The notes under the pieces are model-generated. The model made no database searches and was not told the DNA's origin. It worked only from the letters and a program-made list of their open reading frames with translations. From assembly GCA_030390025.1 (NCBI GenBank), contig CM059447.1, forward strand, positions 31,682,001-31,746,000: a DNA stretch of 64,000 nucleotides. The letters are read 5' to 3'. Below, one piece after another: positions 1 through 12,193 of this stretch; position 1 is the stretch's first letter; each line of letters begins with the position of its first letter. Position numbers and translations under genes: made by a program. The DNA is from Squalus acanthias. Lineage: Eukaryota.

Positions 1-439
1 ATAAAAACACAAGTCTTTTTTCTTTTCCAGAAGGTCTTTGTTAAAACTGAGTTTGTGGGTCTCGATGAAATGTTGCAATTCGTGCCAGCAGAATATTCCT
101 TTGGCTTTGGTATTTTTTAAACAGCTGTTGTGTATTAGTTGTGAGGACTTATACCTAACTGACCTTGACAAAATGTAATACTGTACCTGTAACACTTTTT
201 TCCAAAGCTGATCCCACACCAAAGAACATTCTATATAATTTTGCAATAAGTAGTTTAATATATGCAAAAATATAATAATAACGCCATGACAAGAAGTAAT
301 GAGCCATCACCTATTTGAGCTCACAGTAGCCTCATAAATGGATATTTCATTAAAACATTTTGGATGGACCTAGAGCTTAAAATATCGGTGATTTTATTAA
401 CACAAGATTGAACGCCAAATGTTTCTTTATAATCATCAG

Positions 440-1724
440 GGAGTAGAGTTTCCACGTCGGGCACAATCGGCGAGTCCTGCGCAAATTGCACCCAAAATAG
501 CACCCGTTTTGAAAAGCTTTTTTCTTCCCCCGAGTTTCCGCTCAAACTCATTTGCGTATCGCCGAACGCAAAGTCTGCCATGAAATAGCGCAATCGGGCA
601 GCCTTTTAAAACTTAATTTAAAAAAGATATAATTTCGCTTTAAAAATATTCCTTGATATTTTTAAGAGCGGTAACTTGGAGCAGTTTGATTAACGCAGCT
701 GAAAATGGGGTTATCACAAAAAAACAAGCATTTTAAATCATCGTGTCAATCCACCACCTGTGAGTAATCCCATTTTAAATGACTGAAAAAGACTTCTAAA
801 ATATATACAAAACAATTTTCTAGTTGGACTGAGGTGCAGTTCTTTAGTAAATTAAAGAAAAATAATTCAAAACCTTTGAAAACGTGCGTATTAGTGTCCT
901 TGCATAGAAACATAGAAACATAGAAAAATAGGAGCAGGAGTAGGCCATTCGGCCCTTCGAGCCTGCTCCGCCATTCAATATGATCATGGCTGATCCTCTA
1001 TCTCAATACTATATTCCCGCTCTCTCCCCTTGACGCCTTTTGTGTCTAGAAATCTATCTATCACCTTCTTAAATATATCAGTGACTTGGCCTCCACAACC
1101 TTCTGTGGTAGAGAATTCCACAGGTTCACCACCCTCTGAGTGAAGAAATTTCTCCTCATCTCAGTCCTAAATGTCCTACCCCGTATCCTGAGACTGTGAT
1201 CCCTCGTTCTAGACCCCCCAGCCAGGGGAAACATCCTCCCTGCATCCAGTCTGTCTAGCCCTGTCAGAATTTTATACGTTTCAATGAGATCCCCTCTCAT
1301 TCATCTAAACTCTAGTGAATACAGACCTAGTCGACCCAATCTCTGCTCATACGACAGTCCTGCCATCCCAGGAATCAGTCTGGTGAACCTTCGCAGCACT
1401 CCCTCTGTGGCAAGTATATCCTTTCTTAGGTAAGGAGACCAAAAGTTCCAGCTTCATTTTTGGAGCCTCCTTGAAGGCCCGCAAACGAACGCAATTAGCG
1501 GAAACTCCCAATGGTGATTAATTCACCCTGGGAGGTGCGGATAGTTTTGTGGGTGGGGCCTGCTTCTAGCGCGATGTTTTTAAAACTAGCCCAAAAGATT
1601 GCGAATCTCGGGTTGCGCTGAACACAATTTGTGCTTTAAATTCCTAGATCTTTTGCGCCGGTTACGCCAGTATCGGGGGAACTATGCCCAAAAGACCAGG
1701 GCAATCGAGTGGAAACTCCAGGCC
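440..1724. mobile_element. Non-autonomous DNA transposon (Harbinger-type MITE) carrying a nested CR1 fragment
   Basis: Imperfect TIRs GGAGTAGAGTTTCCAC (440) vs reverse complement GGCCTGGAGTTTCCAC (1724), 13/16. CpG-rich arms around an AT-rich centre. No clean TSD. Confidence 0.6.
903..1444 (-). mobile_element. CR1 LINE 3' end
   Basis: ORF 1061..1300 RGDLIETYKIL...RRNFFTQRVVNLWNSLP is the CR1 ORF2 C-terminus; (CATAGAAA)3 microsatellite tail at 903-926. Confidence 0.9.
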
Positions 1725-2036
1725 AAAAAGGTTTATCTACAAAATTATTTAAGTTTGTTAAAGTTATTCATGAAGTGTAAATAAGCAACATAAGGATACA
1801 AGAATGTCTATCAACCATACAAACCTCCCCAGTCATCATATTTCTCAATCCCTCAGGTAATTTATCCGATTGTCTTTTGAAATCAGTTATCGTTTTGAAA
1901 TTGTTTGAAGCCCATAGGATTAAAGGAGTAGTGCCAGTTTGGATACGAAATTTCCTATGGGACAGAATGCAAAGAGTAGTGGTGAACGATTGTTTTTCAG
2001 AATCGAGGGAAGTATACAGTGGTGTCCCCTATGCAT

Positions 2037-3060
2037 CGGCATCTACATGCTGTCCCTTGGCGACATCATCCGAAAACACAGCATCGGTTTCCACATGTAT
2101 GCTGACGACACCCAGCTCTACCTCAGCACCACTTCTCTCGACCCCTCCACAGTCTCTAAATTGTCAGACTGCTTGTCCGGCATCCAGTTCTGAATGAGCA
2201 GAAATTTTCTCCAATTAAATCTTGGGAAGACCGAAGCCATTGTTTTCGGTCCCCGCCACAAACTCCGTTCTTTAGCCACCGACTCCATCCCTCTCCCTAA
2301 CATCTGTCTGAGGCTGAACCACACTGTTCGCAACCTTGGTGTCATATTTGACCCTGAAATGTGCTTCCGACCAAATATCCGCAGCATAACTAAGACCGCC
2401 TATTTCCACCTCCATAACATTGCCCGTCTCCGCCCTTGCCTCAGCTCATCCGCTGCTGAAACCTTCATCCATGCCTTTGTTACCTCTAGACTTGACTATT
2501 CCAACACACTCCTGGCTGGGCTCCCACGTTATACCCTACGCAAACTTGAGGTCATCCAAAACTCGGCTGCCCGTGTCCTAACTCGCACCAAGGCCCATTC
2601 ACCCATCACCCCTGTGCTCGCTGACCTACATTGGCTCCCGGTTAAGCAGCGCCTCGATTTCAAAATTCTCATCCTTGTTTTCAAATCCCTCCATGGCCTC
2701 ACCCCTCCCTATCTCTGTAATCTCCTCCAGCCCCACAACCCCCCCAAGATATCTGCGCTCCTCTAATTCTGCCCTCTTGAGTATCCCTGATTATAATCGC
2801 TCAACCATTGGTGGCCGTGCCTTCTGTTGCCTAGGCCCTAAGCTCTGGAATTCCCTGCCTAAACCTTTCCGCCTCACTACATCTCTTTCTTCCTTTAAGA
2901 TGCTCCTTAAAACCTACCTCTTTGACCAAGTTTTTGGTCATCTGTCCTAATTTCTCCTTATGTGGCTCGGTGTCAAATCTTTTGTCTTTTAAAACTCCTG
3001 TGAAGCGCCTTGGGACGTTTTACTACGTTAAAGGCGCTATATAAATACAGGTTGTTGTTA
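2037..3060 (+). mobile_element. L2 LINE, 5'-truncated (RT C-terminus and 3' tail)
   Basis: FHMYADDTQLY, FLQLNLGKTE, FVTSRLDYSN, LHWLPV motifs; one stop (2191) and a frameshift near 2740; tail TGTGAAGCGCCTTGGGACG...GCGCTATATAAAT..GTTGTT. Confidence 0.92.
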
Positions 3061-3331
3061 TTGGTATTAGGACCACTGCTTTTTTTGATATATATTAATG
3101 ACCTGGACTTGGGTATACAGGGCATAATTTCAAAGTTTGCAGATGAAACAAAACTCGGAAATGTAGTAAACAGTGAGGACAATGGTAACAGACTTTAGGA
3201 CGACGTAGGCAGACTGGTGAAATGGACACTCACATAGAAGATGAAATTTAATGCAGAGAAGTGTGAAGTGGTGCATTTTGGAAAGAAGAATAAGGAGAGA
3301 CAATATAAACAAAATGGTACAATTTAACATG

Positions 3332-5703
3332 TTTTTTGTTATTCATTCACGGAATGTGGGCAGCACTGACAAGGCCAGCTTTTATTGCCCATCCCTAATT
3401 GCCCTTGAGAAGGTGGTGGTGAGCCGCCTTTTTGAACCGCTGCAGTCCATGTGGTGAAGGTACTCCCACAGTGCTGTTAGAGAGGGAGTTCCAGGATTTT
3501 GACCCAGCGATGATGAAGGAACGGCGATATATTTCCAAGTCAGGATGGTGTTGAGGGGAACTTGGAGGTGATGATGTTCCCATGCATCTGCTGCCCTTGT
3601 CCTTCTAGGTGGTAGAGGTCGCGGGTTTGGGAGGTGCTGCCGAAGAAGCCTAGGCAAGTTGCTGCAGTACACACTGGTACACACTGCAGCCACGGTACAT
3701 CGGTGGTGGAGGGAGTGAATGTTTAAGGTGGTGGATGGGGTGCCAATCCAGCGGGCTGCTTTGTCCTGGCTGGTGTCGAGCTTCTTGAGTGTTGTTGGAG
3801 CTGCACTCATACAGGCAAGTGGAGAGTATTCCATCACTCCTTACTTGTGCCTTGTAGATAGTGGAAAGGCTTTGGGGAGTCAGGAGGTGAGACACTCGCC
3901 ACAAAATACCTAGCCTCTGACCTGCTCTTGTTGCCACAGTATTTATGTGGCTGGTCCAGTTAAGTTTCTGGTCAATGGTGACCCCCAGGATGTTGATGGT
4001 GGGGGGTTTGGCGATGGTAATGCCGTTGAATGTCAAGGGGCAGTGGTTAGACTCTCTCTTGTTGGAGATGGTCATCGCCTGACACTTGTGTGGTGCCAAT
4101 GTTACTTGCCACTTATCAGCCCAAGCCTGGATGTTGTCTAGGTCTTGCTGCATGTGGGCACGAACTGCTTCATTAGCTGAGTAATTGCAAGTGGAACTGA
4201 ACACTGTGCAATCATCAGCAAACATCCCCTTCTGACCTTATGATGGAGGGAAGGTCATTGATGAAACAGCTGAAGATGGTTGGGCCTAGGACACTGCCCT
4301 GAGGAACTCCTGCAGCAATGTCCTGGGGCTGAGATGATTGGCCTCCAACAACTACAACCATCTTCCTTTGTTGTTTGTCTGACTCCAGTCAGTGGAGAAC
4401 TCTCCCCCTGATTCCCATTAACTTCAATTTTACTAGGGCTCCTTGGAATTCAGCTCTTTTGTCCATGTTAGGACCAAGGCCGTAATGAGGTCTGCAGCCG
4501 AGTGATCCTGGCAGAACCCAAACTGACCAACAGTTAGCAGGTTTTTGGTCAGTAAATGCTGCTTGATAGCACTGTCGATGACACCTTCCATCGCTTTGCT
4601 GATGATTGATTGTAGGCTGATGGGGCGGTAATTGGCCGGATAGGATTTGTTCTGCTTTTTGCGTACAGGACATACCTGGGCAATTTTTCACTTTGTCAGG
4701 TAGATGCCAGTGTTGTAGCTGTATTGGAACAGCTTGGCTAGACGTGCAGCTAGTTCTGGAGCACAAGTCTTCAGCACTACAGTCGGGATGTTGTCAGGGT
4801 CCATAGCCTTTGCCATATCCAATGTGCTCAGCCATTTCTTGATATCATGTGGAGTGAATGGAATTAGCTGAAAACTGGCTTCTGTGATGGTGGGGACCTG
4901 AGGAGGAGGTCGAGATGGATCATCCACTCAGGACTTCTGGCTGAAGGTGGTTGCGACTGCTTCAACCTTGTCTTTTGCACTCTCATGCTGGGCACTGCCA
5001 TCATTGAGGATGGGGAAGTTCATGATGCCTCCTCCTCTCTTAGTTGTTTAATTGTCCACCACTATTCATGACTGAATGTGACAGGACTGCAGCGCTTTGA
5101 TCTGATCCATTGATTGTGGGATCGCTTAGCCCTGTCTGTAGCATGCTGCTTCCGCTGTTTAGCATGCATGTAGTCCTGTGTTGCAGCTTCCCCAGGTTGG
5201 CATCTCATTTTTAACTACGCCTGGTGCTGCTCCTGGCATGCTCTTCTGCACTCCTCATTGAACCAGGGTTGGTCGCCTGGTTTGATGGTAATGGTAGAGT
5301 GAGGCATATGCCGGGCCATGAGGTTACAGATTGTGGTGGAATACAATTCTGCTGCTGCTGATGGCCCACAGCGCCTCATGGATGCCCAGTTTTGAGCTGC
5401 TAGATCTGTTCAGAATCTATCCCATTTAGCACGGTGGGAATGCCACACAACACGATGGAGGGTGTCCTCAGTGTGAAGACGGGACTTCGTCTCCACAATG
5501 ACTGTGCGGTGGTCACTGCTACCAATACTGTCATCGACAGATGCATCTGCATCAGGTAGATTGGTGAGGACGAGGTCAAGTATGTTTTTTCTTCATGTTT
5601 GTTCTCTCACCACCTACCGCAAGCCCAGTTTGGCGGCTATGTCTTTTTATGACTTGGTCAGTAGCGGTGCTACCGAGCCACTCTTAGTGATGGACACTGA
5701 AGT
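3332..5703 (-). mobile_element. CR1-group (Zenon-like) LINE, 5'-truncated
   Basis: MFADDCTVF, QQDLDNIQAWADKWQV, KAQVRS, C-terminal KKAAHHHLLKGN. Same family as 17907-21155. Subclade name is my recognition only. Confidence 0.88.
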
Positions 5704-6479
5704 TGGGTTTACATACACAAATCTTTGAAGGTGGCAGGACAAGTTGATAAGGCAGTTAAAAAAGCATATTCTGGGTTCTTGGCTTTATAAATAAAGGCAA
5801 GGAAGTAATGCTAAACCTTAATAAATCACGGGTTAGACCTCAGCTGGAGTATTGAGTTCATTTCTAGGCACCACACTTTAGGAAGGATGTCAAGGCCTTG
5901 GAGAGGGTGCAGAGGATATTTACTGGAACGGTACCAGGGATGAGGGATATCTGTTATGTGGAGAGACTAGAGAAACTGGTGTTGTTCTCCTTAGAGCAGA
6001 GAAGGTTAAGGTGTTCAAAATTATGAAGGGGTTTTGATAGAGTAAATAGGGAGAAGCTGTTTCCACTGGTATGAGGGTCGGTAACCAGAGGACACAGATT
6101 TAAGATAATTTGCAAAAGAACCAGAAGGGAGATGAAGAGAATGTTTTTTACGCAACGAGTTGTTACGATTTGGAATGCACTCCCCAAAAGGGTGGTCGAA
6201 AAGGATTCAATAGTAACCTTCAAAAGGGAATTGGATGTATTCCTTGTAAAGAAAAAATTGCAGGGCTGTGGGGAAAGAACAGGAAAGTGGGATTAATTGG
6301 ATAGCTGATTCAAAGAGCCAGCACAGGCACAATGGGCCAAATGGCCTCCTTCTGTGCTGTATGATTCTATCCTGTTTGTTTCAGTGGCTTTCCCTGGTAC
6401 CTTATTTTACAAGTCTGTGGCCATTTGATTGGGCATGTGGAGCCTATGCCCCTTTGAATGGGCAAGCGGGGCATATAGC

Positions 6480-8240
6480 AATGGGGGATCAGAAAATGGT
6501 TAATGTTCCAAATGAGTTCTGCACTTCAGTCTTCATAATTGATGATGGTGAACAGTTAAGTTAGCTGTAGAATGTATAAAGGATGTGGTTAATTATGCTT
6601 GTGTTGTAAACAAACTCAAAGCAATAAATGTTTATATGCCACCTCGACCAGATGGGATACACCCTAGGGTCATTAAGGAATTGAGTGATGAAATACATGA
6701 GCTAGTTAAATTTTCAAGAGTTCTGTATATTCTTGGGATGTACCCAAGCACTGGAAGGTTGCCTAAATAGTTCCAATGTTCAGAAAAGGACGGAGGCATA
6801 AATTGGGTAATTATAGGCCTGACACCTGTAGTTGAGAAAATGTTTGAGGGTCTTTTTCAAGATGTTACTGATATTCGTCTAAAGATTAGTGAAACCATAA
6901 GAGGATGTCAGTGTGGTTTCAGAAGCAGTAGGTTGTGCCTCAAACATCTACTGGAATTCTCTGAGGAGACCAAATTAGGGAATGAGAGATATCCAGTGAT
7001 TGTAATGGACTTTCTTAAGGCAATTGATAAGGTTCCACATTTGAGGTTTTTAAAGAAGACAGAAGCACGTACTTTTACTGATAAATGGAGCAGACACTGT
7101 CTGGAGGCTAGTGACAATTGGAGATCCACTACAGTCTGTTTGGGTGTGCTTTGGTTTACACTGTTCGCAAATGATATGGAAACCGGTGTCAATGGTAATG
7201 CTATGAAATTTGCTAATGACACCAAGCTGTGTGGTCCTGTGTAGAGGAGATAGAAAATATTCAATTAGACCTGAAGCAGTTATGAAGGCGGTCCAAGGAA
7301 TTGAAAATTGAGCTTATTGTAAAGGAGTGTAAGGTGGTGCATATTGATGCAGGGAACAAGGATGACATGAATACGATGGATGGGTTTCCATTAACGAGAA
7401 CGGGAAAGGAGACAGAATTGTCCTGTGATTGTTGATCACGCGCTGAAAGCATCTGGTCAATGTGAGGCTGTTGTTAATGAGGGAACTCAGGATTGAGAAT
7501 GTGTCTCTCGGGCATCTGATAACAGATCACCGAAGCTTATTTTAACTCTTTACAACTCATTATTGAGGCCACATTTGGTGTACTTTATCTATATTTTGGC
7601 ACCTTATCTTCAAAAAGACATTCATACTTTAGAAAGGATCCAGCGAAGAAAGAATAGGATGATTATGAAACCTGAAACTCGAAATTCTAAAGATAAACCG
7701 AAGAGACTGAATTTTTTTTTTGTACTGGAAAAGAAGATTAAGATGAGACATGATTCAAGTCTTCAAAATGATGAAAAGAATGGATTTTATAAATGTAAGT
7801 AAGTTTCACATGACCAGAGAACATAGCTTCAAGATAGTCAAACCTGATGCAGGGCTAGAATTTCACAGGAAATTCTTTTTTCAGAGTGATTTAGGTGTGG
7901 AACGGACTTTCACCCAAGGTTGTCACTTCTAGTTCACTGAGTTCCTTTAAAAAGAAGTTGGATGGTTACCTGGCAGAGCACTGGAACTGAAGATTAGATG
8001 GATGAATTTAGGTGTAATTAAATAGCTATTAAACATGACGGTAGATGATTTAGTACATGGTAAAAATGCATGGACGAAGCTTGTTTTGGCTCTTTGAATG
8101 TTTTACCTGGTACAAGTCATCTTCCTTGGGAATTTTGGATTCTGTTAGCTTAAGGGTGTGAGAATGTGGCTGAACATGGTACACTGGAGGAAATAAGCTT
8201 GATGGGCATTTCCCAATCAATGGTTTCTTATGCTCTTATA
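6480..8240 (+). mobile_element. Old, degenerate CR1 LINE RT and 3' region
   Basis: PDGIHPRVIKEL, MDFLKAIDKVPH, KFANDTKL, RPHLVY motifs with many stops and frameshifts. Confidence 0.85.
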
Positions 8241-9297
8241 AGTAAAAAAAACAGCCTGATTTCCTTTCTTAATGCTAATTTCTAACTTCTGTCCTTAGTA
8301 TTTGAACCCTTACCATAATGGAAAATTTACCTCGATCAACTTCATTAGTTTCCTTCATAATCTTGAAAACCTCAATTGGTTCAACTCAAAGACTCCTCTT
8401 TTCCAAAGAAATCAAGACCTACATCCTTAATCTCTATTTGTGATCTATAACTCAATCAGTCAATCAATATCCAGTTGAACCATAGACACCCAATGTTAAT
8501 CCTCCACTCAGGAAGGATTCCAAGAAACTATCAAAGATAGTGATGAGATTATATGATCATCATCAATTTATTTTTGCTGACAGCCATTAATTTTCATGAT
8601 TGATTATAATTATTAATATTAATGATTAATTGCAAACAAAGCTCAGGAAAAAATCATGATGGCCTCATAACTAGGTTTGATTAAAGCCTAGAAATTGGAT
8701 GAATGCTCATAGGACATTCATTTGTCTGATCTTTTAAATTAAAAGCATGAAGAGGAATGACATACAAAGGAAATAAGCATTTATCCTTTAATATCAACTC
8801 AAATCTTTCCTTTGTGTAATAAATGTCATTAAAAATAAGAGTACAACCAGGCAACGATAACAAGAACTGATGTATTATGAATCCTGGTGGTTGCTGGTAG
8901 AATAGAGGGACTAGGAGAAATAGTTGTAGGTACCAACAGGCAAGTCAGAGATTTCTGGTTGCCTAAAGGATTCTCTAATAAACATGGGTATGTCTAACCA
9001 TGGTGAGACTAATATTTTGAAGTCTTTGATTATCCCTGGACCCGTTTACTTTGGAGCATTGATGCCAATAGCAGTCCTAACTTTGGCAGCAGTATTGTAA
9101 AATAATTGTGGTGGTGCTTCTCACTCTCGAGGTGCAAAGACCCACTTACAGAGGTATATCCACCAGTGTCTCTGGAGGCAGTAGTGTTCACCATGGGTGG
9201 CAAATACACTGCTGGGGGAGGGAAAGGCTGCCACCTTTTCAGGCTGCAGGTGGGCAGAGAACTTAGCCTCTTCTTCAGGGCAGAGATCCAGTAAGGA

Positions 9298-9673
9298 AGA
9301 AAGAACTTGCATTGTTCTCATGCCTTTCATGTCCTCAGCAATTAAGTACTTTTGAAGTAGTTACTGTTGTAATGCAAAGAAATGCAGCAGACAATTTGTG
9401 CACAACAAGGTCTCACAAACTGCAATAAGATAAATAATCAGATAATGTATTTTAGTGATATTGGCTGATGGTTAGTCAGGATACATGGGGAACTCCCTCA
9501 CTCTTCTATAATTAGTGCCAAGGGATCTTTTACGTCCATTGGAGAGGGCAAGTGAGGCCATGGTTTAACATGAGGTGTCAACCTGGACTATGTGCTCCAG
9601 TCTCTGGAGAGGGGCTTGATCCCACAATCTTCGGACTCAGAGGTAAGAGTGCTACCACTGAGCCAAGGCTGAC
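9298..9673 (-). mobile_element. DeuSINE (SacSINE1-like) tRNA-derived SINE
   Basis: tRNA-like head (rc AGCCTTGGCTCAGTGGTAGCAC), Deu-domain GGACGTAAAAGATCCC, L2-like tail. Confidence 0.8.
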
Positions 9674-10698
9674 CTCTCACTATCAAACTGGCACAGATGC
9701 AGCTGCTTGTGGACTCTGCCCTGCAATGTAAAATAAGCAGATTTTGCAGCAATGAACTCTGCTCCTATTTCACTGCAAGACAGATTACAGAACCATTTGG
9801 TGAAGTATCTATGGATGAACATGCATGTCAACATATGAAAAGGGTGGAAAAAGATCATCTGGTCCATCAGCTCGCTCCATCTAAACATGGTGCAGCCACA
9901 TACAGCATCAATTGGAGCCCACTAGTCATACAATCTCCTGGGAGACGTTATAAGAAACAGAAAAAAAAACTGGTGGCCAATTTAAGAAAATCTGGGAAAT
10001 TCCTCATCCCACACCCTAAGGTGATCAAGAAAGGTCCAGGATACTGCAATACCTCATGAATCTCACTATTGCCAGCTACCCCATCCCATCATTTACCCTT
10101 TATATCTTGTAATGTCCAACCCGCTCAGGAACTTGTCCAGCTGCATTTTGAAGGATTATAAGGAACCCACAGGGCTGAATTTTGCCAGGCCCGAGGGGGC
10201 GGGTTTGGAAGCGTGTGAGGTGTTAAAATTGCAAAAAATGGCGGGCGGCTCCGATCCCGCCTCCAGTCCGCCTCTGATCAATTTTCCCAAAAGCGGCCTT
10301 TCAGACCTCGTTTCGATCCCGCCTCCAAGAGGTGGGATAGGCCCTTAAGGCCCTTAACAAGCACTTAATTGCCTCTATAATGCCATTTTGAGAGGCCTTT
10401 CTAACTTTAACACATTTCCCCCATGCTGCACGTCTCCTCTGGAACACGCCAGTTAATCCTGGCGGCCTCACAAGTAGATTGCTTACTAACAGCTGCAGCT
10501 CCACCATTAAAAAGGAATTTTCAACAATGATCATTTGCAGGTGGCAGAACTTTGTTTTCTCAAGTCTGGGAGAACTTTTAGCAGGCCTACTCATTGTGGA
10601 AGTTTTGAGGCTGAGATCCATCTCCAGTGTGACCTCCTGGGAAACCCCTCTCCCCACCTTGACTGAGCGCTTCCTCAACTGAGGTATATACCAGAAGC

Positions 10699-11935
10699 AT
10701 GGGAACCATTTATTTCCTTTCCTCCTGGACATCAGATTCGGATGAAGACCAGCCGCGGCAGCAGCAGAACCCTGAACAACAGCAGCACCAACAGCAGGAG
10801 CAACAACAGGAGCGCCAAACTGCTGCTCACCCGCCTGAAGCTGCACAGGCCAGAAGGTGCCAGTGCATGGAAGCATGTCACCGCAGGAGATACCCCCAAA
10901 ACAGGGTTTACAGACAGAGGATGAGCTACCTCAACATGACTGAGCAGCAGTGCCAAAGGAGGCTCAGACTTTTGCGAGAGGTAGTGGGTGACATCTGCGC
11001 AATGCTGCAGCAAGACCTGGAGCCCAGAGGAACGGGTGGACACCCCTTACCAGTGGCAGTCAAAGTCACCACCGCACTCAACTTTTTTGCTTCAGGCTCA
11101 TTCCAGGGATCAACAGCAGACATCAGCAGCGTCTCCCAGGCAGGCGCACACACTTGCATCACGCAGGTAACCGATGCCCTCTTTGCCATTGCGCACAATT
11201 ACATCAACTTCTCCAAGGATCAAGCAAGTGTAACCGCGCGTGCGGTTGGATTTGCTAATCTGGCAGGCTTTCCAAGGGTGCAGGGCGTTGTTGACTGCAC
11301 TCATGTGGCCCTTAAGGCACCCCATCACAATCCAGGTATTTTTGTCAACCGCAAGGGCTTCCACTCCCTCAACGTGCAGCTGGTGTGTGACCACAAGAAG
11401 AAAATGTTGCATGTTTGCGCCAAGTACCCTGGCAGTTGCCATGACTCCTTTATCCTGCGCCAGTCTAGTGTGCCTCCGCTCTTCAGTCCGCCAGACCAAC
11501 TTTTCGGATGGCTACTTGGAGACAAGGGCTATCCCCTGAAGACGTGGCTAATGACGCCGTTGAGGAGGCCATCCAACGAAGCTGAGGAGCGCTACAACTC
11601 CAGCCACGTTTCCACCAGATCCATAATCGAGCAAACCATCGGCTTGCTGAAGATGCGATTCAGATGCCTTGATAGATCAGGTGGAGCCCTGCAGTACTCA
11701 GCAGCCAGGGTCTCCAGAATCATCGTGGTCTGCTGTGCACTTCACAACATGGCACAGCATCGTGGTACAAGTGGCTCATCACATAGCCTCCTCAGATGAG
11801 GATGAGGATGATGAGGAGGAGGAGGAGAGCGACAACGAACAGCTTGCGGAGGCGCATCAACCAGCGGTAGCAGCACACGAGCACATTGCTGCCCGGGATG
11901 CAAGGGACGCACTCATCTTGGCCAGATTTGCTTAG
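10699..11935 (+). CDS. Harbinger DDE transposase (HARBI1-like, TE-borne). ORF 10699-11799; the acidic C-terminal tail to 11935 is displaced by a 1-nt frameshift near 11765
   Basis: [18 protein letters not shown], catalytic VVDCTH / LLGDKGY / [47 protein letters not shown]. Confidence 0.93.
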
Positions 11936-12193
11936 CCTGCCCAATCAAACACTTTTGCCTCGCACCTTCTCACCAGAGCATCGACAATGGCCAAGAACCT
12001 GCGGATTCCTATCACTCTGACCACCATACTGACAATTGCAAGTCGCCCTAAGCCCTCAATGTGGAAGTCCCATTTGCAAAATGACACAACCCACAACTTC
12101 AACAGTTTGCCATCAAGTTTTTTTATCACATAAAGTCACGGATGGCTTTTCAAAAATAAACACAACAGAACATCCAAGTGACTACCCTTGTGA

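Larger units (their letters stand above)
1896..6370 (+). mobile_element. CR1 LINE RT/3' remnant split into three pieces (1896-2030, 3061-3330, 5704-6370) by nested insertions
   Basis: Collinear CR1 RT peptides WIRNFL..RMQRVVVN..YSGVP, then VLGPLLFLIYINDLD..ISKFADETKLG, then the 3' end with ATGGCCTCCTTCTGTGCTGTATGATTCTAT tail. Confidence 0.85.

Noticed and set aside
31-109. Possible + exon KVFVKTEFVGLDEMLQFVPAEYSFGF after TTCTTTTCCAG
   Set aside because: Weak donor (GTATTT), short, unrecognised peptide, and at the window edge.
10699-11799. Host gene HARBI1
   Set aside because: Lies within TIRs and a TSD next to a Myb partner, has a paralogous decayed copy in the window and a frameshifted tail. 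It is a transposon gene, not the domesticated locus.
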